Of a stretch of DNA of 64,000 bases, positions 26,301-41,033 are shown piece by piece; positions within the stretch are counted from its first letter, which is position 1, and every line of letters starts with the position of its first letter. The DNA comes from Cercozoa sp. M6MM (taxonomy: Eukaryota > Protista > Endomyxa: Ascetosporea). The DNA is taken from the NCBI GenBank assembly GCA_040357565.1, contig JBDODJ010000042.1; one strand, written 5' to 3'. The notes under the pieces are model-generated. The model searched no databases, was not told the DNA's origin, and was given only the letters and a program-made list of their open reading frames with translations. Made by a program: the position numbers and the translations under genes.

Positions 26301-27180
26301 ATGGTGCGTCCTGCTCAATCTATCCGTGGCGTGCTAGTGCTCGCCATGCGTGATTTGCGACCCTGCGCGTTTTTTCGCGCACGAGCGCCGGGAGTGTCCC
26401 AGCCGGCCACAGCAGTATCGCAACCGCAGTGCGTCTGGCGAGCCGTGGGCAACTGACGTTGTTCGTGTGATTCGCCGTCGCTATCGCTGTGCTGCTGGCT
26501 GGGACGCAACTCGAAAGACGCTTGTGCGCTGTGTTGTGTCTGCTGCAGTGTTTTTGTGCTGCAAGGTGTGACTTGTCGTTTTCCCGTGATGTGTATGTTG
26601 TGGTTGTGTGCAGGTGTTGTCTGAGTACCTCGTGGTCGGCCAGGCCAAGGGCAGCACGACGGCCATGCAGCTGTCGATCTTCGCCAAGACGGAGGTGCAC
26701 GCGCGCAAGAAGTTCTGGTACTTTGCCAAGAAGGTCGCCAAGTGCAAGTCGTCGTCGGGCGATATCCTCAAGTGCTCGAAGGTCTTCGAGAAGAAGCCGA
26801 CGACGCTGAAGAACTTCGGCATCTTCCTGCGCTACGACTCGCGCACGGCCACGCACAACATGTTCAAGGGTATCCCTTGTCTATCCCCGTGTTCATTGTT
26901 TTGTATGTCCCTGTGTGTGTGTGTAGAGTACCGCGCCATGTCGCGTACCGAGGCTGTTGAGCAGATGTACTCGGAGATGGCCGGCCGCCACCGCGCCCGC
27001 GCTCCGTCTGTGCAGATCATCAAGGTCGTCGAGATCGCCTCGAAGGACCTCAAGCGCCCGGCCAAGGTTGCCTTCCGCGACAGCAAGGTCTCGTTCCCGA
27101 ACATGTTCAACGTGCCGCGCCAGCCCAAGAAGTTCCAGACGACCTTCAAGGCCAGTCGTGCCCAGACTCTCCGCAACTAA
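26301..27180 (+). CDS. RPL18A: 60S ribosomal protein eL20 (L18a)
   Basis: [52 protein letters not shown]; ATG-only first exon then introns 26304-26613 and ~26870-26926; strong codon bias. Confidence 0.96.
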
Positions 27181-27589
27181 GTCTGCGTTGTGTACGTTCG
27201 TTTTGTGGATGCTCAAACTCACACAGTACCCCTTACAATCCAGCGGTCAGTCAGTATAGAGGGTATGATGGGTTTTTCGAGGCAAAATTAGAATAAAAAC
27301 GATCCCCTTTGCTCTTTCCACCGTACACCGTACATATAATAAAAGCAGTTTGAGTGTGGTGTTTTGAGTTTGAGGTTCGGAGTTATTCTCGAAACCCCCC
27401 TCCATACCCGTTTAGTGACCTCCAGATAAGTGGCGGAGTTGCGACCCACTCCAGGGGAACTACTTAGTTGCCTTCGTAAAAGACTCAACTAACTAAAATT
27501 TAACTCAGTGGCGGAGTTGGGAAAATACCATAATGAGTACAACGGCTCGGTTGGCGAAGCAAATCGGTGAGTGCAGAACGTCATATCCC

Positions 27590-28553
27590 ATGTCCGGTCA
27601 AAGTGACGATGATCTGCCTCCTCTGGAGCACGTCGATGCTGCTTTCAGCGAGTTGCAGCTTGGTAAATTTACAGAAAGGCACAAGCCACCTGTCAAAGCG
27701 CAAAAACAACCTCAAGCCGCCGTGATCGATTCGAAGAAGCGAGGTGAACTAGGCTTTATCGCGAACGTAACGCATGAGGTGCGGAATCGCCAAGAATCTG
27801 AGTCGGAGGTCGCTTCTTCGTTTACAAAAGCATTGCAAGAGCGCATTTTGGCGGGTAAAGGGAGCACAGACGGCTTTGATCTCATTGGTGCTTTGGAAAA
27901 CCCTCGTGTCCAAGCAGCCTTGCAAATGTTTCAAGTAACCTCGACTCCATCCCGCGGTAATGCATGCTGATGCTTCAGTTTTTCAGAGTAACCCAGCTCA
28001 AGCGAAGCGCGAGTTTGGAGCGGATCCTCTCGTAGCAAAGGTACTACGTGCTTAGCAAAATTGCTGGGGGGATTGTACTTTGGTCCTTCCTTCCACAAGG
28101 TCTTTGCTTCGTTCCTTCAAACCGTCCATACCGTCCGAAAAGAGGCAGAGGAAAACAAGCCAAGCAAACCAGAATTAAGAAAAGTCGATACTAGAAGAAA
28201 CAAGCGCGATGATGTCTTGATCTCTCGTACTAATGGAGAGGGTACAATGCGTCTTCCGTCCTTATGTTTGATATCCGGATACCTTTCTGTTCGTGGTCTA
28301 CACAGTGCGGCGCATCTCTCGCGAACAACTGCAGCGCTGGCACTCAGACCCTCGCGTCCAGGTAACCGCGGCCTGTTTAATTTAGTGACAAAAGGCCAGT
28401 TCACTTGCGTAGCAAGTGCTTCAGCACCCACAAACGCAGTCGATGCTGCGAGCACTACAAAGCAACGCGCTCACACGAGCGCAGAAGGCGAAGCTTCTCG
28501 CGACGCCACCGATGCAGTTCCTCCAACGTGTGGGGATCCTTAGTTGCTACTAG
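27590..28553 (+). CDS. STI1/DP-repeat-containing protein
   Basis: MSGQSDDDLPPLE start; ALENPRVQAALQMFQSNPAQAKREFGADPLV, and a second SDPRV..QVLQHPQTQSMLRALQSN motif. Confidence 0.6.
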
Positions 28554-29850
28554 TGGGTACTCCGTGAAGCTAATTTGTTTCTGTTTCGTAAATTTAACAT
28601 CTGCCAGCAGATTCAAACCTGATAACTTAAGTTTAAATTAAAAGTGACCCCCAATATAAACTTACAGGCAAAGTGTCCGAACCTTTTCGGGCCAACCATT
28701 TCTGAACAGGTATCCTCAGGCTGAAACATTGCAGTGAACTGAACTGGCTCTTACGACAGCGGGAGGAAGAGTCGGCCGAGCAAACCGGAAAGTGCCGAAG
28801 AATGCAAAGGCTCGGACAGGTTCATGACGAGGTTCATGTTTTTTTGACTGCGGCTCACTGGCTTCAACGAAGCGAGGTACCAAAGCTTCGACTTCATTCA
28901 TTAAATTGAAGGAATTGAAGTAACATTTTCGCTACTCGACAATGCGAAACTTGGGCTCACTGTTTTCGGTGCACACAATGCCGAGTCGGCCGAACGACGC
29001 CGACGCTTCAGTAGCAACGCGACGTGCCGGTTGAACTGTGCGAACAACACCCACCTGTTCCTGAGTGACACGAACAAGAGGCAAATGTTCTATCCTTCCA
29101 GTCCAGACGACGTGTCGCTGTTTGTGCCTCCTAAGAACTTGTGCCGGAAAAAGTCCACTACGAAGGATATCACTTCACAGATTTGATCGTCTCGTTGCTG
29201 GCAGAAGGGTTTCGAAACACCATGGAAGCGGAAATTCGCCACATTCTACGACAGCGGTATTGCTCTCACCGAACCAAGTGAACGTCAATGTTGGGGCCTG
29301 TGTGACATTTCCTTCGGATCCGAAAGGTTCGATTCGATTCATTGAGTTTTAGTGCGAACCCATTTGGGCCCTCAACGTCGCCTTCGCTTAAATTGAGTTA
29401 GTACCTGCACAGAAGGCAGCACTAGATTTACGTCATCCGGTCAAGGCATCCGGCAAAACCGGAAATGCCGAGAGCAAAAACGGAAAAGCTAAATTTACAG
29501 GCATCTGTCTCGTCATCAAAACGCTCAAAGAAGCACTTCAACGCAATTTAATTTAGCCAGGAATGGCTGAAATAGCCCCCATTTGGCCATGCGAGGAGAT
29601 TCGAAATAGCTCGGACGAGGTGTTGTTCGGTACTTCGCCGTTTTTGGTTCAAACTGCGATTTCGTCGATTTCGTCGATGTTTCGGCAAGAGCGCAGGATC
29701 GTTGCTGACGGTTGAGAAGTTCTCCGACTCGCACAAGCGTTGCTTGCTTGGCGTCGTATGTTCATTGCTGTAAGAGTCACCTTCATACTGGCTGGTTTGG
29801 TACCTAACTTACATTTTTGAAAACATAGTGACGCGTCGCGACTGCTGGTG

Positions 29851-32800
29851 GATGAAGAAGACAGCGAGGATCCGTAATTTACTCGCATCTAACTGTGTGC
29901 TTATCGTTAACTTGCATGAACGCATAAACTGCAGATACCCGGCGTTGTTCGCACGCAAGTTTTCCGAGTTTCTGCATGCCAAAGAGAAGAAAGAAAAGCA
30001 CGAAGAAAATGCAAATTTCTGCGAGTGCGTTGCACTTCCTTTGGTCAGTCGGGAATCTAGTCTATTGAATGTAACACAACGCTTCATTGAACTGAACGCT
30101 CGTAGATTTCAAGCGAAACAACGCCTGTGATGCCGTGGTTTGCTGCACTCTGCGATGAGTTTCCCTGCGGTCAGTTTAATGCTCATTCTCCCGCTATTTC
30201 TTTAGTTTTAATTTTTTGACAGGCCGAGAAGGCAAATACCGACTGGAGTCTCATTTTCTGCTACTGCTGATGCATTTCACAATCACGCAAATGCCAGTGT
30301 CGGACTTTTCTGCCACTGTACCTACTGACATTCTTTGGTGTTTGGCTTCTCAAACTGTCGAGTGTGTTGGTGCACAGCGATACGACGCGAGGATCCGCGC
30401 GGCATTGTCGAAATTCTGCGCGATTCGCGAACTGCCGCTCAAGTTTCTGCGTCAGCATGAGCGTTTTTACGCCGTGCGACTCAAGCACGCTGCGTTGAAA
30501 GATGGTCAGTTTTAAGCAGCTCCAATCAGCTTTAAGCTTCTTAATTTAACTGGTTTGAGTTTAGAGCGCCGCACAAATGCAACGGACGACGAAGAGCGCG
30601 AGCGACGATTGAAAGAGCAACAGAAACGCAAATATTTGAAATGGCTCAAAATCGGCGGTGCCGCTGCTGTTGGTAATTTGAGCTTTTTTCAGGTTTGCAG
30701 TTAAACCAAACCATGTTTTTTTTTAAACAGGTGGAACTCTCATGGCTGTGACTGGAGGATTAGCTATTCCTGCACTACTGGCTGGTACGACTTGTGCCCA
30801 AGTGTACAAGCTCAGTTGTACTTTGTTAATTGGATTCTTGATGACAGGACTCGGTGCTTTGGGTGTTGGAACAACCTTCCTTGCCGGCACAGTGGGCGTT
30901 GCTCTGTTGCACTCACTGTTTGCAACTGCTGGAATCGGACTGGCTGGTGGGTTGACTGTCTAGTAGTACTTTACAAACTGATATGGAACCTTTGCAGGCT
31001 GGCGAATGAAGCGTCGAGTCGGCGATTTAGAAGAGTTCCGATTCGAGCCGATCGAGTCGGACGAGGACGAGTGCAAAGTGGCTGTTACAATCACCGTCAG
31101 TGGCTTTTGCGATGCCGAAAGTATCGTTTGCTTCTTTTTTCTGTTCATTTTCAAGGTGTAAAACTGGGTGAAATAGGCGTGGATTTCGATGTGCTGGTCG
31201 ACAACGAAGTGCGACGACTCAACGGCGAAAACAACGCCGATGACACCGAAATTGCGCGCACTGTCGATGGTGGTACGTTTGAACGGTTTCACCTGTCAAT
31301 TTGTACCGGTACATTATGTACTTACAGACCAAGAAGCGGCGAAACTACGAAGACGCGCGGTTGCCTCGCAGTGGCGTTTCTTGTTGGCTCACATTCCTGG
31401 TACTTTAGCTTTTCATTGTAGTTTATTGAGTCAATCTGCAATCACTTTGCAGAACCAGAAGAAGAGTCTGACGATGAAGAAGAGAACAATGACGAAAGCA
31501 GCGACGAAAAAGCGAAAGCTGCTGCCATTTCGACCGAAGTTCGCAAGATCTTCATGCCTGCTGGTAGACCACTTTCAGCGTTTTTCCTTTGCTTTCATCT
31601 GTCGAGTTTCTTTCTTTAGCGGAAAGCAGCGAAACTCATTTCGCTTTGTGTTTCGACACACACCACCTCAGCAGCATGGGTACGGCAGAGTGTTGATTTC
31701 CTCGGTTAAACAACCGGTGTGTTTAGGTGCCGTAATCCAATCGTTCGCTGCGCAACAAGCCAAAAATTTCGTCGTCACTGGTGAATTTAACAAGTTTCAC
31801 TTCTTGAATTGAGTGATGATGCCTTCCATTGAACAGAAACACTGAAACAAACGGCACTGAAGGGCGTTCTGGCAGCTGTAATTTACATGTTGCTTTGTGG
31901 ATCTTAAGTCCTTATGGATAGTTGAAACTTACAGTTGGCATGGCCTTCGATGCTCGTGTCAGCTTCGGGAATGATTGACAACTCATGGTCGGTGGTACTG
32001 AAGACACGACTCATTTCTTTTCACCTGTGTGGTCTTTTATGTTTTTCTTGCTAACCTTGTGTCGCCAGGTGTGCAACCGTGCCGATTTGGCAGCTTTCGC
32101 ACTAGCTGATGTGTTGGAAGACATGTGCACCCTCAAAGTTACTGACAGCAACAACAACGACAAGAGCAACAGTTCAGACAAAAGCAGGAGTAAAAGCGAG
32201 AATGAAAGCGAGAAAAACAAAGACTTTGGCGAACATCGTGCTGTGACACTTTTTGCCTTTTCTGTCGGCGCACGTGTCGTCGTTCGCGCTGTATTTTCTC
32301 TCTGATTTTTCACCAGTCGAAACCGGGATTTACCTGTGCCTTTGCAGCTGTTGGAACTTGTGCGACGATGCGAAGCACTGCCGCGAGCGCGAGCGCTTCG
32401 TCGACTTGCCGTAAGTTGATTTGATTCGACTTTTCTGCTTGAATCAACTGTCAGTATTTGTGTGGCTGCCAGTGCATCCGAGGCATTGTGCAAAACGTCG
32501 TTTTGGTGGGTGCGGCTGTTCACCTGTCGCCAGAGGAGTGGCGTCAGTGCCGTTCGCTTGTTAGTGGTGCTTTCATCAATGCACACAGGTAAACATACTT
32601 TTTCTGAGTGATTATTGTTCTGTAAAGTTTGCTTTACAACTTGTCTTCTAGCAACGTGAAAACCGACTGGCTTCTCGCCTTTCTGTATCGTGTGACGGCG
32701 GCTGCTTTGACCGAACCGGTCGCTGGCCTTGCCCCGGTGTGCTCCATTTTCTTTCTGTCTGGAACGGAAAGCTCAACGAAACTGTGGATTTGCATATATA

Positions 32801-32942
32801 GGTTGGAGAAGAAGCCGGTATTCTCAACGTCTTCATCGGCGATATCGCCAAGGGTCATCACAGACTACCACAAGCACTGCCTGCGATCAGCTTGCGTTGC
32901 TTGCAGGCTCAGCGAGCCAATTTGCAGCGACTCGAGGGTTGA
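29851..32942 (+). CDS. TMCO4: TMCO4 / DUF726 alpha-beta-hydrolase-like protein
   Basis: WLKIGGAAAVGGTLMAVTGGLAIP, MKRRVGDLEEFRF, AWPSMLVSASGMIDNSWSV, RAVTLFAFSVGARVV, DWLLAFLYR, VAGLAPV. Confidence 0.9.
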
Positions 32943-33103
32943 TTGATTGTTCATTCTATTTAAACAGCTAAGCGTCGGATGCCTAAATTTAGTCGTTAGG
33001 GTCGGAGATTTTACGCCGGCAAGCGAGCTGTCGGATCGTTCTAAAACGGTTCGAACGAAGTGGCACGCGTGACAGACGTGGCAGACGGGCTCCGTAGCTA
33101 GAC

Positions 33104-34809
<1,706 letters not shown>

Positions 34810-35171
34810 TTTTGAATCCGACTTCACTTAGCACCTCTTCTCTGGTGTTAACTCCTCAATTTAAGAATTTACAGATTGAAGAAGTGTCTCCGAAACTTGG
34901 CATTTCGGCATTCAATTGGACCTGTGCAACCTTACAAAAGACGGAGGGATGAAGCCAAAGTATGGTTAAAAATTTTGTACAGTATAGCATCGAGTAATAT
35001 CTCTTATCTTCGGTCTCACCGTCGCTTGGGATGGGCATGTGCAGCTGCACGCGGACTCGGACTTTCGCCACATGAGGTTATGCAACTTTAGTGAACTGGA
35101 ATAACGCTGCCAGGAGTAAATTTACAAGACGATCAGAGTCACAGGCTTGAGTTAACCGCGACTGAGCAGGA

Positions 35172-37475
35172 ATGCGGCTAGTGCTCGCTTCGGCACTCGC
35201 CGTCGAAGGTTTGCTCCGTTCAGTTTCTATCCTATCCAGCGATTCAAGATGCTATGTTTTGATACTGGTACAGCCATTCGAGCAAAAGCGAGCTGCGAAG
35301 AAAGCTGTGGACTTCTCTCTCAGCAGGACATTTTGCATGCGCACGTAGCTGCGCTACCCCCGAGTGACGAATTGTTGCACGACAATAACTGGCATCCGCT
35401 CCAGTTCGATTCCTTTCTGCGACTGCTCACCGAGCGTGGAGTTGCTTCACGCGCTTACTCACTGGTCGGGCTCGCACCATACGCCTATGTTTCCGAGATG
35501 CACTTGCCACCACGTAGGAACATCACAATGATAAGCTATACCTGTCATGGGAATTCCCACTTGTTTGTTTGGTAGACAAGAGGATACAAGAACTACGGGT
35601 GACCACAGTGTTCCCCGAAACCAATGAAGAAATTCCCGTCGAGGAAGAAAAGAGTACACTCACTGTATGCACACATTGCACCCTTTATTTAAGAGGGTGT
35701 CTTCACAGTAAACGAGGAAACATTTACAAGTGGCCCAAAAGCATACGTACACGCTTTCTTGCAGCCAGTGAACAAGCAAGCGCATGGCGAGGCTTGGAAC
35801 CTCCTTACTCGCATCTCGGAGGTGCAGGTACCAACGGTCATCAGGCGGATGCTACAAAGCATGATACTTCTTGTCTCTGTCAGGTACCAATCGTGCCGAA
35901 AGAAGGTCTCAAACCGGGTTCCACCGCAGACGATATCGTTTTCGAAAGGCAGCATCGTCACTGTACTTGGTTCCTTAGTTGCCCGGGCTTGTAACTTTAG
36001 ATATCTTTGTTTGGGTAGCCGCACTCTGGATTCAACTACAACAACTGCCATACGCACCTCCCAACAGTAACCTTATGCTCTTGGTTGTCTTAAGTTTATG
36101 CCGGTGTGGTCATAAGTTTCACCTGATGATGCTGATTCACAGCCTTCCTCGCCGTGTGGTTCGGGAATCTCATGCCTATTTTCCGGGGAGGTAAAGCTAC
36201 CTCTATCAATGCAGACCACTTATCTGTCTTCCTGAATAAATAGTTATAGGAAAATTGACATTTTTGTGGTGCCCTCAGGAAAATGGACAGTGCACGAGGA
36301 CCCATGTTTACGATGCGCGCGAAAGCAAGGGCACGCAGCGACTACCGAGGGGAAGAGTCCTCCCAAAGCAGCTGAAGAGCACACCGACAGAGAAAAAGAA
36401 GGCACTGAGAAAACAGAGGAAGTCACTGAGAAAACCGAAGAAGGCACTGAAAAAACCGAAGAAGACTCTGAGAAAACAGAAGAACGTCCACTGCGCAGAC
36501 CGCAAGGCGTACCGTTTCAGCCGCCTTCGTTTATGCAGATGATTCCCGTCTGTGGTCGTGGCTCGATTCACGCCAGTGAGAATGTAAACCTTCCTCCTTA
36601 AGGCAGCTTACGGAACGCTTAATCTACCTCCACCTCTCTGTTGTAGGAGAAAGGCAAGAAATTGAATCCCGAAAGTGCCCTGCACTACTGCTTTTGTATG
36701 ACACCAGCTCAAACTGCCGATCTGATCGATTTCCTACTGCAGCATCACGCATCTCTTAAAGGGTACCAACAAACACTTCGTCGGGTAGTAACTCAGGGGA
36801 TTTATCGCTTGCAAATGGGCAGAAGCACAATTTCACGTGCCTCGTTACACGTGCCTCTTCTTAAGACACCATTCAAAGTGCCTCTCACTGGTACCTGAAC
36901 TTACTATCTTGAAGTGAGTTGATATGACTGCAAAATAAATGTGACAAAGGTTTCGACAACGTGCTCGCGGAGGAGTTCCTCGCTAGACATGTTCTCTCCC
37001 TTTTCAACAAATCCGTTGGACTTCCATGGTTTCGTTCGGTGCTATAGGGCGACCACAAGGTGCTGGTGGCACACCCGACACGTGCAGTGTTGCCGCAAAA
37101 TCCCTTCACTGACGCCGACGTTGATCTCGAGTCGGCTTCACAAGTTTTGACTCTGTTCAAAGAAACTTCGATGGACATTCCGTTGGAAGGTGCGGTTCGA
37201 CCGCGTCTGGCAACAATGCCGCTCTACAAGTAAGCTTCTCTCTCGGTAAACTGTTGCTAAACCATCAGCCGTACAATCACTCAACAGGTCGATCGACTTT
37301 CACCGAGCTTGGTTGGCCGAAAAGCCGGATCCAGCTCTCACGCCGCGTGCTCTGCAGCAACGATACATCCTCTACGAGCAGCAACAACAGTACGCATTCG
37401 TTGCTTTCTTCGTTGCTTTCATCTTCAGTTGCCATCAAATATGAATCTTCCTTTCAGAGAGATCAAGGGAGCTGA
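35172..37475 (+). CDS. Hypothetical, possibly secreted protein with TEKTEE repeats
   Basis: MRLVLASALAV start; several coding exons; EGTEKTEEVTEKTEEGTEKTEEDSEKTEE at ~36398-36485. Confidence 0.5.
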
Positions 37476-38077
37476 ACAAAAAGCCAGGCGCGAGCAGAGG
37501 TATCTTTGTCGATATTAGTAGACCTTAGGATACATACGAGCCTATTGTGACTCGACTGAGTGCAGAAGAAGACGAAAGCGCCGTCGCAAGTCACGGTCTT
37601 CCGATACTTCAAAAACAAGCAGTGCCAAACCCGAACAGCCGACACCAGAGGTAGTCAGTTTTGACTTTTTCGAATGTACACTAAGAAAATCGAACACGTG
37701 CAGACTGAGGAGCTCAACCTCCCGATGTTTGGACACGAAGCACAGTAAAACTACTTTTTTCAGTTTTTTGGCAGTTTGCAAAATACCCATTGGCACATCA
37801 GGTACATCGAGGAGGCACGAGGCCAACAACGGTTCCATGCAACACGCCATGAGTATGAGAACCGAGGCTCGTGCCTTATAATGTGATTTACTGTGCCGAA
37901 AAAGCGAAATAGACTATAGGTTAATATTTTGAAACACACCGGCGCTCCGTTAAAAATCCGCTGCAGTGAGCCGTAGAGCTACCAAGAGGCGTGTGCTAGC
38001 TGTGAAAAATATTGCAGACGCGCTTTTGCACGTTGTTTGCCAATAAACCTTTCTCGTTTCGACATTGAGAGAAAGCA

Positions 38078-38783
38078 ATGTCAGTGGACCCGCGATTTGG
38101 CGAGCGCCACCTCCAGCAGCTGATGCGCCAGGAGCAGCAGAAATTCGAGGAGCTCAAGTTGCAGTTGCAGAAGCTGGTGCCGATTTCTTCTGCCTCGGGG
38201 AGTGGTTCCTTCATTGTCTGAGATGCGTGCGCTTGTTTGCATGTGCAGCTCGGTCCGGCGGAGCAACTAAAGGCGCAACATGCCGAGAACGAAATGGTGC
38301 TCAAGGAGCTTGAGAACACCGACTCACTCGAAGGCCGTGTCTATAAGCTTGTCGGGTACGTGGAGTTTCTTCAGTATCTCGTGTTAATTGTTTGAGTTCT
38401 TTGTGTGCGTTTTCCCTCAGTCCGGCGCTCATCAGACAAGACGTCGACGATGCTGTCATGCAGGTTCAGCGACGCATTGAGTTCAGTGCGTTTATTCTGC
38501 TTGAGCTCTGACTGTTAAGTGTGGGTTGTATTGTGTATGTGTCTCTTGGTTGAGCAGTCCATGGCCAGATTCAGGACGCAAACGCCGGCATCGAGAAGGT
38601 GCAGAAGGAGATTGGCGAGTGTCAGGTACCTGTGCTAGTGTTTCATTCAACTAGCTTCTTATTTCTTTCGTTTTATGCGGGCATGTGCTTCTGCAGGGTC
38701 GCATGATGAGGTGGCAGCAACTGTTCCAGGCTCACATGCAGCGACAAGCGCAGCGGCAGCAGCAAGCTTCGGGCAAGAACTAA
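38078..38783 (+). CDS. PFDN6: Prefoldin subunit 6
   Basis: QLKAQHAENEMVLKELE, RVYKLVGPALIRQDVDDAVMQVQRRIEFI. Confidence 0.92.
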
Positions 38784-39024
38784 CTCTGCTCACTCTGCTC
38801 AACTCGACCCGTACAGTAGTACTGCGCTCCGTCGGGTCAAACGTCCAGTTTAAAAATCCATTAACGTAAGCAAAATTTGTTTCATTAGTTTGCGTAGTTA
38901 GAGTTCACGTCAGTCTACTAATAACCGAACCAACACCCATGTATTTTCCCTGAAGAGCTCTCCTTTTCTGTGCGGCTCTAAGTACTATCCAAAGTGTGCT
39001 AGAAGCGTTGGTGGACAACTGCGT

Positions 39025-40560
39025 TTAGTAAAAGTTGCGGGCTGTATAAGTATCGTCACGGCGAATGGGAATCTGCGTGAAGAGCCACGTCATGAGCGCC
39101 ACCGCCAGGTGCCTGAAACGACCACAAACGACTGAAGTATGAAACGCGTGCAAGACAAAGTAAACTGCGACGTACGACAGAGGCAGGGCTCGCGCTATCT
39201 GTGGCCAGTGTGCCACGAGCTTTTTCAGTGTCAACACGCGTCGTGTTCCCTTCAAAACACCTCCAGTCAACATACAAGAAGCACAACTAAAGGAGGAACC
39301 ACGAAGTACAGTAGGTCGTGTGAGACGACTGTGTCGCACGCGATGCAACACCGGGAGTACGCGTGCCGCAAGAGGTGCAAACAGCAGTCGTAAGAACACG
39401 TCAGCACTCATCATACCCGGCACAGGCCGCTGCTTCTTTCTCTGCAACACACTTTTCGTTTCAGAAACCTCAAAAACTGAATATTTAGTGTACAGAGCGA
39501 ACGAAGGCGTAAACAGCCTCGGCAAGCTTGCGGTCGAAGTGACTGATTGTGTCATTGTTTCTTACGCGGCCTTGCATTAGCAGGTGCAGTTGGTCCTTGA
39601 GAACAAAAGCATACCGTCAAAGCATCCTGTATCAACAAAGCAGTTGAAAAAGACACCTTTTCCTGCGAGCTAAGTCGCTGCATGTAGCGACGTCGTCGCT
39701 CACGTCGTCGCAGTCGAGTTGGCTTGTGATCGGTGCTGTGAACCTGCGCCGGCACCTGTGTTTTCCACGGCTGGTGTCGATGCAAACGACGTGTGGACAT
39801 GTCCACTGTACTCACACGCACACAGGATAATGATCTTTCTACGTATGCTTCATAAGTAAAAACGATACTATCGTTGACAGCAATCGTGTTGTGCTGCATC
39901 TCCTGAAAGCGGAGATCTCTCGACTGTTCTTTCGCGAGTTTCTGAGAATGGAAGATACCAAAACAATAACAAATACATGTGTTATACGAGCGATTGATAG
40001 AAGAAAAAGAACCTGGAGTCGCTGTAAGTTCTCTCGCTGTCGCTGAGCCATGAGTCGCGTCTGCTCGTTGAACCGCATTCGCACTTGAGGCTTCGCCTGA
40101 GGCCTGACACTTTGAGTTGCCGAGGCAACCCGTGGTTCCAGTGTATGAAAACTCGCAGCCTTTTTCTGAGCACTTTTTTGCGTCGTGTTTTTGTTGATTT
40201 GGTGTAATTTGACACTTTGCGTCGGTGGGCTGTGCGCAAGGTCGAAACTCACGTGCTTCTTCCTGTCAGAAGCTGGAGGGACGGGTTCCTATCAACATGG
40301 CTTTATTTTTGTGTGCTAGAGTCAAAGAAAATTGAAGTGAAAGGGAAACCTGATATCCAACGGCTTCTTTGAGAAGCTGTCTGGCCAACACAAGCTTTCG
40401 TCGCATCCGCAAGAGCACCGTGTCTTGACTCGAGTGCTCCATCCTCAGACTGGCCATTTCCTGACTTGAGTCGATGTCACGAGCTTCTTTCTTTGACGGC
40501 TGCGCCGTGTTTCAACCTTTTAGAGTATGGGACAAGCGAATAATACAGTTTCTGACGTGT
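39025..40560 (-). CDS. Hypothetical basic protein (5' end uncertain)
   Basis: Several minus-strand coding-like exons, including RKKHVSF (RVxF-like) and VRMRFNEQTRLMAQRQRE; no family recognised. Confidence 0.4.
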
Positions 40561-41033
40561 CTAAACCCCAGAGGCAAAACTCACAAATTCACGCACTTCG
40601 CCAAGCACGGTTTCCCGCAAGAAACGCCTCTGGCATCAAACATCACTTGCGGCTAAAAAATAAACTGGCATAACATATTTCTTGTCAATTTAGTGGTCCA
40701 TATATTAGTTCATTGTGTACTACGCGTTTTAGCGTCGGATGTTGCTGTCATTGAATTGTAGCCACTTCGATATATCTTCTTACCTCGTTTTCCCGGAATA
40801 GAGTGCAAGGACGGAGTGTTTCCAGGCAAGGCACCCCGACTTACAACGTCAGGTAGCCTGTAGCACCAGGAATCACGAAAAGGCGCTCGGACGAATATTT
40901 CGTGATGTCGAAAAAGTCGTCATCTTCGCGAAGTGACCGAAGGCGGCGTGCAGATGTGCCTCGTTGCTTCTATTGATCGACGGCACACAATCTAACTTGT
41001 TTTGGTGGACAGAGTCGCGTGGTTGTGTCCGAA

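Noticed and set aside
28600-29800. Possible small minus-strand gene
   Set aside because: Only short ORFs with no recognisable motif; I could not build a consistent exon chain.
37015-37047. In-frame TAG suggesting stop-codon reassignment
   Set aside because: It is the acceptor of a plausible 33-nt GT..AG intron; conserved genes here end in TAA, TAG and TGA and show no internal stops in traced exons.
37542-37850. 102-codon minus-strand ORF
   Set aside because: No recognisable homology or supported splice model.
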